A DNA stretch of 64,000 nt from NCBI GenBank assembly GCA_963924565.1, contig OZ004613.1, forward strand, positions 13,082,001 to 13,146,000. Direction: 5' to 3'. Source of the stretch: Ascidiella aspersa (taxonomy: Eukaryota). Positions 34,001 through 44,992 of this stretch are shown piece by piece; positions within the stretch are counted from its first letter, which is position 1, and every line of letters starts with the position of its first letter. Made by a program: the position numbers and the translations under genes. Under the pieces are notes generated by a model. It saw only the letters and a program-made list of their open reading frames with translations. It was not told the DNA's origin and did no database searches.

Positions 34001-36102
34001 TAACTGTCTCTATAGTCTATAGGACAAACAAAAATGAACTATAAGTTGGGTAAAGTTGCACCTTTGCCTCTTCAGAATTCCTTAACTTTCTTAACAACAA
34101 TATTTTGTTTGCAGTGCGAATGCAAGGATGGTGATCCCAAGAAGCAAGGAGGCAGGGGAAGAGGTGGAGCAGGTGGCCAAGATGGTGAGTTCATTTGTTT
34201 TGAGTATTTTAAGTTAGTTGATAATGCCATATAGTTGTGTTGTAGCACTTGCAAAGCCACTGTGTTCTATTGATGTAATGTTAACACTTTTTACTTTTTT
34301 TTAACATTAGTATGAATTCACTATTGAAGTGATTAGATTGTTGCAAAAAATAGTTTAACTTGAGGATTTTATAACTGGTACTCTTCCATGTTCACTAGCT
34401 GATTATTTTAAAAGGATATTCTCAAGGTGGCTATGGTGGTGGTGGAGCCTGGTCACAATCACAGCAGGCTGGCTGGTATGGAGCTGCTCCTGGTTATGGA
34501 GGAGGTATACACAACATGCCTGTTAATTTTTATTTAAACTTGTATAATGTATAGTGCATACTAATTGTTTTGTATATGTAGAGTTTATCAGACAAAGTCA
34601 GTTTGCTTTATCTCATTATACCAGTGATTCCCAAACTTTTTTGGTTTGTGGCACATTAAAAAATTGTAACCATTTCGTGGCACACTTTTAACAGAACAAC
34701 AATGGAGTAATTTGACTATCGCACACGACAAGCGATATGTAAATGCTTAAAAATTAATGATTTGTAGTGAATAGTGCTGATTTAGGTTCAAAATGCTTGC
34801 ATGGTCGCCTATTGGTATTACAAATACTCTATTTTCCGAAATTACAAAAAGTTTTGCGGCACACCCGGCACATAGTTTGGGATTCACTGCATTATACAGT
34901 ATATCAGCAATTAAGCATCTGATTTTCTTCTTTTGCAGTTTGTTACTTTTTGGTTTTATTTGCAGGCTACGACTATGGTAGTGGGTATGGAGGTTACGGA
35001 GGCTATGGTGGCTACGGAGGATACAACAGTGGCTATGGAGGGTATGGTGGCTACACTGGATATGGCGGCTATGGTGGTTATGGAGGCTACAGTGGAGGAG
35101 GTAAAACCATTTTTTGTATAACCGAATTCTTCTTTGTATAGTTAGATGTTTTTTTTAGTTAATTTTAGTTGACTTGCAGCCTACAACACTTTTTACACCT
35201 CATAAAACTAATAGTTAAAATCAGTTTTAGTTCAATTATTTTTTTAAACTAGCTTTTATTCTATTGTTCAAACTAGGTAAAAGCTTTAGTGACAATTTTA
35301 CTGTAATATTTTAATTTGTTTTATCAAATTGTGTACAGTGTTTACACCTCTAATGTATAATCTTGGCTTTCCTTATCAGACAAACACTTACAGATGTAAT
35401 ATTACTGAACAAGTTTTGTTGTATAACAAATTATTTAAGTTTTTTGTGATGTGGTACCTAATATTGGATATTTGCCGTTATTATGAGCCAAAAATTTATT
35501 TTCGGGATCCCTTTTGAATCCAAGCCATAAGTCTAAGTAGGAATTTTTCTGCCCATATCTGTTTGTTTACAAGCAGAAACAAGCTAAGAAAAGGTTTTGT
35601 TGAAATATGTATTTGTCTGTTAAAGAAGGTTTTTAGGGGGCGGGGTTGGTTAGACTGAAACAAATTATTTTTGCACAGTCTTTACAAAAAAAACTATAAC
35701 AGAAAATGCATCCTAGAGACCATTCAAAGAAAAGTACAAGTTAATATAATACCCCAAAACCAACAAACCAAAAGAAATTAACCCTGGTAGATAAGAATTA
35801 ACCTGGTAGATAACCCTTTTTATAATGACCCAATTTCTCTTCCTGAAAAAATATGGCCCTGAAAAATATTCCCGGACTAAATATGCAACAACCTCATTTG
35901 GATTGCTGTTATCTTAAATTTTATTAAGATTCAACCTACTTGCCATTAAAAACATTTTGTTTGTGTTTTAGATTACAGCCAAATGCAATCCGGTGGAGGT
36001 GGCCAAGGAGCAGGTGCAGGAGCAGCAGCTGCCCAGCAAAACTCTGGTGGCAAAACTAAAAGTGCAGGAAGAGGCAGCCAGAACAACTACAAACCTTACT
36101 GA
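31086..36102 (+). CDS. HNRNPAB: Heterogeneous nuclear ribonucleoprotein A/B-D (AUF1/Squid) family, 2 RRMs plus Gly/Tyr-rich tail (about 326 aa)
   Basis: Exons 31086-31180, 31398-31438, 32578-32705, 32822-32977, 33109-33243, 34115-34184, 34415-34504, 34966-35100, 35972-36102 join in frame. Motifs: [53 protein letters not shown] repeats, C-terminal QNNYKPY* (PY-NLS as in hnRNP A/B, D, DL). The symbol is the closest vertebrate paralogue. Confidence 0.93.
31804..32030. repeat. Long imperfect palindrome (head-to-head element) in hnRNP intron 2
   Basis: Outer arms 31804-31843 and 31991-32030 match 37/40; inner arms GGGTTAGGGTGCCGGTTAGCGTTTGGGT / ACCCAAACACTAACCGACACCCTAACCC. Confidence 0.8.
34622..34889. 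mobile_element. hAT MITE
   Basis: TIR CAGTGATTCCCAAACT / AGTTTGGGATTCACTG; perfect TSD CATTATAC. Confidence 0.88.
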
Positions 36103-38039
36103 ACTGTTCAGGTACTTCATTAGCTCTGGATATTAACTAGAGTATGGAGCCTGTATTCTATAAATAACCATTCTTTAAATCTACAAGTGATGCAAGGGTC
36201 AAAATCAATGCCACTTCGCCTTAATTGGGCTTTGTAAAACTTTCTAATTTAACATTGCTTTCAGCCCTTGCAATCAGTTGATGTATTATAGTGTGCAAAC
36301 CTATTTTTATGACAGGTTTATAGTGTGTAGTGACTAGTATGAGTGTAACAGTTGTAGATAAGCTATCAGCCCAACGATTTTCCACTTACACATTTTTTCC
36401 GTTGGTTTGATTAGGTCCTTTGATGGCCAGTTGGCATATCTCTTTTACCACCATTGAAACGCGAAGGTCATGGTACGAATGTGTTGCCAAAACTATACTA
36501 AATTTTTAATCCTAAACCTACCTATCTTGGTAAAATTTTAAGCAGTTGGTAGTGTCTTAAAGCCAAAACACTATGTAGTGGGTAAAAGTAATATGTAGTT
36601 AAGAAATATGTAGTTAAGAGTTTGGTAATAATGTAAGCTGTAAGGAACTATATGTTTGATATAAAAACATAAAATATAATAAACTGTCATCCGGAATGCC
36701 GAATACCACATCGTCTGTCGTGGATCAAGATTCATTGGGATCGTGAAAGTCGTCAAATGTGGTAAACCGAAAAACGAATATAGCAGATTAACTGACCGAT
36801 TCTGTTAACAGTGTTTAGCAGATTTGTAACAGTGACTATTGACAATTTGTAAAAGGTGTTTAATCTTGTTCGACATGAAAAGGCTGTGAAAGCGAAAAAT
36901 TAAAAGACCATCAAAAAAAAATCTTTTTACGGTAACAGTTAAGCGACTAACTTATAAAACGTTTAGTAGAGTAAATTATTCCATGCTCTAAGTTAGAATA
37001 ACTAGCCAAATGCCTGTATTTCAACGTGCGGATCATTGTAGATCTACTATCACAAATTAAATCAAGATAAACTTATAATCCATTATTTACTTGTTACAGC
37101 AACTTGTCCAAACCGACAAGTATAATTCGAACCATGGATGGCATTGAACTAATCGCAGCCTTTTCACGAATCGTATGTTGTTATGACGTCATTACTAATT
37201 TACGTTATTTTTTGCAGCTAAAGGAAAAAGTGTAAATCACCTGCTGCCACCCTACAAAATGGTCAACACGCCGCTCCTAAAGCTTGCTTTTCTTGGCTTT
37301 GTACTTTTCATTCGCATTTTCCTTGTTTTTGTTTTATGGATCGGCCGTATCGTGACGCCCAACAATAAAAGTCTCATTTTACATTTGTTTTGTATTTGCT
37401 GGCGGAGAAATACGTGCCGAAGCGGCCCAAAAACCCATTAGCTTTGGTTGTCTAAAAATTTCCATCCAGGACACGCCCAGCCGGAGAAATAATGACAAGA
37501 CAGATTTTATTTTAGCGGACATTGTTCTCTCTTTTTTTGTTGCTTTACTGTAGTCCGGAAAGTGTACGAGGTTTATTATTTTATTTCCTGGTGTGTGAAT
37601 GCTCGTTGTTCTTACATAAGGGGCGCCGAATTTTCCATAAACTGAACGGCGAAAACATGGTGGCCTGTAGAAGCTAATTAAAAAACGTTCAGGTTTCGAA
37701 ATTCAATAAAGAACTTTTGTAATCCGCATATTCCAAAAATACGTATGTAGTTAGAAACTAGAGTTTCAACAGTTCGTTTAGTAACCGCATTGCAATATTT
37801 TTTTATTTCGCTGTACTGATGGTTTTATGTTTTTACCTCTACTCCCAACTTTTTAATGAAAAGCTTTAATTTATAATTTGTCATCTGGTGGCGGTCGTGG
37901 GCCACGTAAAACAGCGATTTTGATCGGTAGTGTATATTTCAACAGGGGAAACATGACCACCGTGCTATCTGAACTCCACTAAATCGAAACTAAACAAACT
38001 GTCGTAGCATACTGTCATGTCGCTTATAGATTTATTATA

Positions 38040-40680
38040 CATCCACATAATTCAGTTGAGCTCGTTTTCAATAAAATGGCTTACAGCGCAGTAAAAACAT
38101 GTGTAGCCAGTAAGGAGTGCATCGTTGACTGTAGTTTTTAATCAAGCAGCCGCGTGACACTATATAGCACAAGAGCGACTGCGTTGGGGATTACCTAAGC
38201 CGAAATGCCGGCTGGATTTGCCAGAACGGCCAGGAAAGGAAAGGGGTATTGAGGTGAAATATTTAACACTTTAACAGGCGAACATGTTATAATTACAAGC
38301 ACAAACAGACATGCGTCGTTTCTTTACAGAAGGAAACAACTGCGCTAAATTAAAAATAATTGGATAATTTCGTTTTAACCGGAGGCTAAACAATTTCTTT
38401 TTTGCCAGAGGCTTACGGTAAAACCGTTTTCAGAAAGAAATGCTATGGATTTGTACTATTTGCTCAAAAACTGGTAAACCTTCATTTGAAACAAATATTT
38501 ACAGGCATTGAGAACAACGCCTATCTATAACACGCTTGGACACAAAGCCTTTTAAACGATCAGTAGGCGTTGGTGAGAAACGTTAACAGCGAGATTAATT
38601 TTTCTGTGTCGGCATCGAAAATAGCAGTTTTGTGACGTTTGATTTTTGTCCCAGTGGCAGCCTGAAAAACCATGAAACTCGCTAGGATAAATAAGCTTTG
38701 GCACTATTGGCAGATGGGTTATCTAATGTTATAGAGTGGGTAGCGACGTGCTTTTAAAGTTGTAGAAGTGTAAAATTAGATTAAACAGAAAATATTCAAA
38801 AACACACTATTGTAAGTCTAAGCCAGTGGTTCTTAAACTGGGGTCCGCGAGACAATCTTCTGGGACCACGAAGCACCTAATAAAAAAATTCAACACGACG
38901 CTCCTGAAGAAGAAACATTTTTGTGCAATAAAATTTTCAGGCAACTTACCTTTCCAAAGCAAGCTCATTAGTTGTTCATTAACGTGATTGCACGCTTGAA
39001 GTTGAATTGTCCATTGTGACGTCATAGTGTTGCGTTGTGCTAGTGAGAATTACGTTTTTACAGCTTGCTGCGCTGCCACTGTGGGCACGGTTTTAAAACT
39101 GTTCGTGATTGCTAGACTTAAATAAAGTGATTCGTTAATTAGAGTTTAACATAGCTGATAGCAAAGAAGCAAGTGCACCCGTCCCATTGATACAATTAAA
39201 AACAACGTGTTATTTTGAGTTTATTTATGTATATTTTTAAGGACCGTGAGCAATTAAAAAATTGCTGGGGGACCGTTGCGTATTTTTTTAACAAAAGTTT
39301 GAGAACCACTAGCCTAAGCGAATTTAAAGGTACCCTTACTATTTGAAAGCTTCTACTATTGACCTATTTTAATCCGTAGTTGTTGCCTCGGGCTATTTGG
39401 ATTTTTACGCCGCTCCCATAAACAAGAGCATTCATGGAATTTCATTTCAGTTGCAAAGTGTAACAGCAGTTTTGTGGCGGTTTTCCAACACATGTTTTTA
39501 CTGGCCTACTTGTAGAGCTTTTTTACCAGAATGAAATTTCCAACTGTCTGTGTGGTGGTGTAGCTTACCATGGACAAAGAGTCGTCTTCAGGTTTATACG
39601 AGCCTGTAGTGCTTCCATATAATCCTTTGTAAAGAGTTTTTGAACGCGAAGTCCTGTTTTCTGATAAAGCGCGTTGATTTCAATTCGTGTTCTCACGAGT
39701 CCGGTAGGGCGGCACGTTTCACTTTTTACAAACAATTCATCAAAGTTATATCTAATTTTCGTGTGAGGGATTTCCGTTTGAACGGTTTCCGCGCTTGCAA
39801 GGCAGCAAAAGCATGAGCAAAAATGATAAAAAATTGACACTGTCACGTATAACTAACAGCCCGGCAAAATACCGTAAACATTTCGAAAGTGCAGCATCGT
39901 AAGTGGAGAAGATTAAAGTTTTTGACTGATCAGATAAAAGCCAGCGAATAAATCACAGAACAAGATATTACAGGTCCGTCTTATTTAGTGTTTTCCAAAA
40001 AGGCGTTGCTCTTTTTTCCATGTGTTTCACTGCTGTGTTTTACTGGTTCATTATCTGTACACCTCGCTTAGAAGCACTAGCTTTGTGCGTTTTATGCCCC
40101 AAAAAGATTCGTTTAGCTTGAAAAATTGGAGTTTAAGAACACGTCATTTTGAGCCACTCGTAGGAGATTGCTGTATTCGCTAAGGTTAGCAACTGTAGAA
40201 GCTAAGGATATCTGTGAACAGACAGCGTAAGAAACTTATCTAAACTATTTTGGGTTGACATTCCATATTTACATTATGAAGGCCTATGCCTTATATGTTT
40301 GCATACCGGGTCAAGGGGTTCACAGTTAAGTCGTGGTATGTTTTACAAAGTAAACACTTTCTCCCAAAAGAGACAAAATATATTCGAATAACATCCGGGT
40401 TGTTTGCCGTATTTACTTTGAGGTTACACAACATTCGCGTAGTCTACTTAACAGTAGGTATAATGAAATGCTTTATCGAATGAGTTATCAAGCGCAGCTC
40501 AGACCTGTTTTCAGCAATAGAAGTGTTCAACTTTTCAAAAAAGTTTTACACAACAGGGGTACCTGATCATTTGCAACGACAGAGCGGTTTTAAGTTGAAT
40601 TTAGTGCTACGTATGCCATACCATTTCACCATTTCTGACGTTAAAAGGTAGCAGTGTGCTAACTTTAACTAGTATTTGAG
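38040..40680 (-). pseudogene. Decayed ankyrin-repeat protein gene
   Basis: Minus-strand fragments with ankyrin spacing, broken by stops and frameshifts: KTALSLQMIRYPCCVKLF* (~40590-40540), SPL(fs)DAALSKCLRYFAGLL (~39909-39855), ARINLKTTLCPW*ATPPH (~39605-39550), LLHFATE..MLLFMGA (~39468-39411), VNDALLTGYTCFYCAV (~38130-38083). Interrupted by a hAT MITE. Confidence 0.5.
38824..39311. mobile_element. hAT MITE
   Basis: TIR CAGTGGTTCTTAAACT / AGTTTGAGAACCACTA; TSD GTCTAAGC / GCCTAAGC. Confidence 0.82.
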
Positions 40681-42088
40681 ATTGACTTGTTGTTTGTATG
40701 ACCTGGGAACTTTTTTCTACGTCACGTTGAAAGTTTTGTGTCTCCTGTGACTCCACCCCAAACGCAATTTATGTAGGTTAACTTTGTATTTTTTTTTCGT
40801 GTTCTAATTGATCGGTCTTTGTTATGAGTTGTTTGTTCATTCCAAATGTCCAACAGGTTAATGTAAGTGACTATAAACGAACAAGTCAAGGCAAATTTCT
40901 AGTATGCAAGAACCCTTTGATTTTTAAGTGTTTTTTGTAGTGCGAACCTTTACCCATTACTTATGGACGCCTCCGCATCATACGATAAATAATAAGAGAA
41001 ATTAAAGTCGCCAAATCTTATAAACGGTATTACTATATATTAATGGGTAAAGACCGAAGGTTATTTCTTTAGGAGAACTGCACTCACGGGTTTAAAAATT
41101 CTTGATTATAACTGAACACAAATCGATGCCAAGTTACGAATATTTACACAGTTATTTGAATAGTCGCGTATTGCTCAAATCGTAAATCTGTAAATGAACT
41201 GCAGTTAAAAGCGGTAACGTCAGATCACGATTTTCGTTTCCCTGCTGCCAATCTGCCAATTTTACAGCGTCAATCGAAATGTTGGCAAGCAAAAGGAGGG
41301 AAGCCGGTCCGCCTAATGCCTGCCATCAGTTTCGGAGAATTAGCTACATGTTTACGTGAACTCAGATCGCCTGAAAAATGCTGAAATTGTCTTAGTCGGG
41401 CCACCTTTAACGACAATCGCAGAGTTGTAAAATTCAACCTTTTTATCACATTACTGTGTGACATCTTGGATTGTTGTTAAAGGTGGTTGAACTGTTTACG
41501 CGATGTGGACTCCTGGTAGGCTAGGGTTTATTTTGCGAAGCGTGGTAAAGGGAGTTTAAACGGCAAAGTAGAAAAGTTAAACACCATTAGTTTAATGTGC
41601 CTTAAAACCCAGAGTATAGTGTTGCTATCAGCTTACTTTCAAATATAAAAACGTTTGATTCAATTTTAGCAGAAAGGCAAACAAGACTCAAGGAATAGTA
41701 GAATTGTTTTTTTACCGCGCACGTGACGAAATCTGTACGAACCCTAAAAACAGAAATAGCGTGCGATAAGCTGAAATCGGGCTATCCATATCGGATAGAG
41801 GAAACTTGTCGGTGTTTCCCTGATATTAGTTTAAACCCCTTTGCGAGTCAGAAATACTTGGATACCAGTTTGCCGAAAAACGTTTGTTTTTCGAAACAAA
41901 GAAAACGAATTTACAAGAAGGCAAACGTATTTTAATGATAAACGTTTCAATTGGCCGTCTGCCATAATGAGCGCGATGGATTAACTTCTTTGTTTTTATA
42001 ACACAAAATGTGTTTTATAACACAAATCTGCGTTTGTAGGTTAAAAAACGAACTAGAATTGTAGGACAAACTGCAGAATCACTCGCGA

Positions 42089-43667
42089 ATGGCGTCTCAG
42101 TACGTTGCACAAGAAGACGAGGCTTCGGTGACAAGTGCCAGAGTAAGTCGAAAGTTTTTCTTTTGTTTACCAAGTTTCAAACTGGCAATAACTAATAACT
42201 GAAAACAAGTGGAACTGTTGACAAATTGTATTTTGAAGTTTGACGAGCTTTTCACAATTGTGCTGTATCAGGTCAGAATAACAATAAAAAACGGTAAAAA
42301 CAAGCGAAGTAAAGGCGCAATCGCAACGAGTAAAAAGGCGATGAAGGGTATAGGCGTCAAACAGTTCCACAGGCGCACGTTTGCTGATGGGAGTCCGACG
42401 CAAAAGCATGCTTAGCAGTGCGTAACTGTTGGCTGGATGTATGGCTGCATGTTAAATGGTATATTACATACGACTTGGCCATATCGACAAATCGGTGAGT
42501 ACACATTTCAATGAAAAATCACACTTTGACACGTATGACTACGAGAGGCTCGCCTTTGAACAACATGTTTTTAAAAAAAGGATGCCATCAACGCCGGATT
42601 TAATCGTGAGTTTGGTTTCATGGCGCACTGCACCATTTACATGCAGCCGTACATCCAACCAGAAGTTGAATGCTCGTCAACTTAACAAAACAGTTTGCGA
42701 ACAGTGCCGCAGACAAATAAGGTTGTCACCTAAGTTTTATAACTAATAAGTTAGCCTGTTGCGACAAATAAAAATTAGCTGGACTTGTTCGTGTGAAAGT
42801 GACGCTGTGATCGACCAGTTCTACACGAATGCTGACACAAATATTAGGAGGATGTTACATATTAAGAAAAACCTTTGAAGAAGGACCGAATGCAATGTAA
42901 TGCAACGGTGCTGCTAAATATTTGTACAACGTAAATTTATTTCAACAAACAATTTCGACAAAAACGGGAGCCTGTTCAACTGTTCTGCTAAGAACAGCAT
43001 TTTGAGTCACTAATGGTGAAATTAGATTTATGTACGTGGGATTTAAGGGAGTAACGAGGATTCGGTTGTGCATTGGGTCCTATTGTATGAAAGGACCCGT
43101 TTTAATCACTTTTCAACAAAACATTTTTGTTTCAATAGTTTTAGAGAATAGGAAACAAACGCTTCACTTTTATTTTTATGATTAGTAAAATGCCAATCTT
43201 ACTTTTGTATCGGTATCTATATATAGCTTTCCATAAAAACAAAAGAAAACTCCTCCTAAATCCACAGTAAGCATACGGAAAACTAAAAATCGAGCCCCTT
43301 AGAAATGGTCGACCTTATTTTCAGTTTAAATTTAAGGCGGCCAAAATGTTGGAGGATTTTTTATTACTCTGTCGAAAGCGCTTCAGGAATGTTTAATATC
43401 GCCTAACCTCCCTACACACAACTCCTTGAACAAGAACTAAATTGCTTTTGCCTTTTACAGCCTCAAACCCAGGTTAAGTCTTTCTGCGAACAGTGGTTGA
43501 CTGGCACTTCGGGTCTTGTAATACGGATCTTACTGGGATTTGTTTTCTTCATCGTGGTCTTTATTATCGGCTACATGGTCGGCTACCGCATCCACAGATG
43601 CGATGACGACCACTGTCTATCGTGTCCGAGCGTTGGCGACACGAGCACTACGTCTGTGACGTCATAG
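42089..43667 (+). CDS. SMIM1: SMIM1 (Vel blood group protein)-like small single-pass membrane protein, 86 aa
   Basis: Exon 42089-42142 (MASQYVAQEDEASVTSAR|GTAAGT) plus exon 43461-43667 (TTTTACAG|PQTQVKSFCEQWLTGTSGLVIRILLGFVFFIVVFIIGYMVGYRIHRCDDDHCLSCPSVGDTSTTSVTS*), both phase 0; AATAAA at about 43845 and 43867. The core matches the human SMIM1 C-terminus as recalled (LCTGKLGIAMKVLGGVALFWIIFILGYLTGYYVHKC). Confidence 0.78.
42431..42660. mobile_element. Small TIR element in the intron of the SMIM1-like gene
   Basis: GGCTGGATGTATGGCTGCATGTTAAATGGT / ACCATTTACATGCAGCCGTACATCCAACC, about 29-bp inverted ends. Confidence 0.65.
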
Positions 43668-44992
43668 AACTGTTTTGCTGTTGTTGTTTAAATCACTAAA
43701 AATGAACGACTTTGCTGTAATTTGTTTTCATTGTGTTGTTGATCTGCATAACAACCGCCGACGTGATAATATGTGCCTATATTGGCGAACTTTTTAATAT
43801 CTTTGTCATTCTTTTATAACAAAACTATTTGTTTTATACCTAAAATAAAAACTATCTATTTATTTTAATAAAGCTAAAAACTAAACGTATAGTGGTTGAT
43901 AATTTAATGGAAACGCATAAGGAAGTGGACGGGACGCCACAAGAACATGCAAATATGAAAAAAAGTTGCTGGATAAATCTAGAAGTTTAAATTAGTTTTG
44001 GGAGTTTACTTTTTGTTATTTCGTCTGGTTAACATGTGGGTGTCTATTTCTTTAAATAACAAGGTTTAACGGCAGATATCGTCGAGGTTAACGTACAACG
44101 CATTACGTGCGTCAAACCAATTAATTGGCATCAGAAATTGCCTTTGTTAATGTCGAAGTTAAATTTTCTGCTTTAAGGTAAACGTTTTATGTATGTCTTG
44201 TCGTGTGCAAACTAAAACGTTTAATTTGCAACAGCAAATAATGTTGGGCTATATGGCGGCAATGAAAGAAGGATATAAAATGCCACGGTTACCATACTGA
44301 AAGATGGCACAACATAAGGAAACGATGCGACACAATATAAAATGTTATGCTTATCCTTGTAATGAATAGTGATCAAGTTACTGTAAAAATCGCTTTATTT
44401 ATTCGAATGAATGACCGCAGTCCCAATTCCTATAGTTGGCCAAACAAACTTACATTTTTGTACCAAACTTAGGACAACCAAAATATGCGTTGTTTGTTAA
44501 CTTTAAACCGATCCGACAATGTATTTGCTGATCTTCAATTGGAACAATATTCATGCGAGAAGGATTAAAAATGTAATGTCAAAAAGCAAAGCGCCCCGTC
44601 GATAGGCACATTATGGCAATTACACCCAAAACGGCATCTTTATTAGTTTAGCTGGTGCAAATAATGATAGACAAACTTGAGCGCAAATTTTCTGTTTTTT
44701 ACCTTTTTTGTAATCAAATGTCAGTACAATTTTAGTGCGTCTTAGCACATACTTTGTTCAAACGAAAAAGTAAAGCAAAGCAAGCAAACTTGCCACAACT
44801 TGTCCTTCTACTCGATTGTGCCAGGCTGCAGCGAAAATTCGCTCGGCGCGGTTCGTCAACAACACATAATAGAGTTACAAAGAAGTATACATAACGGTGC
44901 GCGTTATAGGGCAATGTCGCTTTGGGAAAAAAAAATTTCGGGCCACTTGCGGTCAGTCAATAGGTTCGAGGTTCTAAAGGCATAAAAATTGA

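Noticed and set aside
34078-34114. U12-like branch TTCCTTAAC in hnRNP intron 5 (and TTCCTTAAT before 62245)
   Set aside because: The donors (GTCTCA, GCAAGT) are not U12-type.
34939-34965. In-frame alternative acceptor 27 nt upstream of hnRNP exon 8
   Set aside because: It would add a hydrophobic VCYFLVLFA stretch to a Gly/Tyr domain; no supporting evidence.
39565-39846. Minus-strand ORF ending TLCPW with a GTAAG, first read as an IL-17-like exon
   Set aside because: No compatible downstream exon or cystine-knot pattern; the surrounding ankyrin-like relics explain it better.
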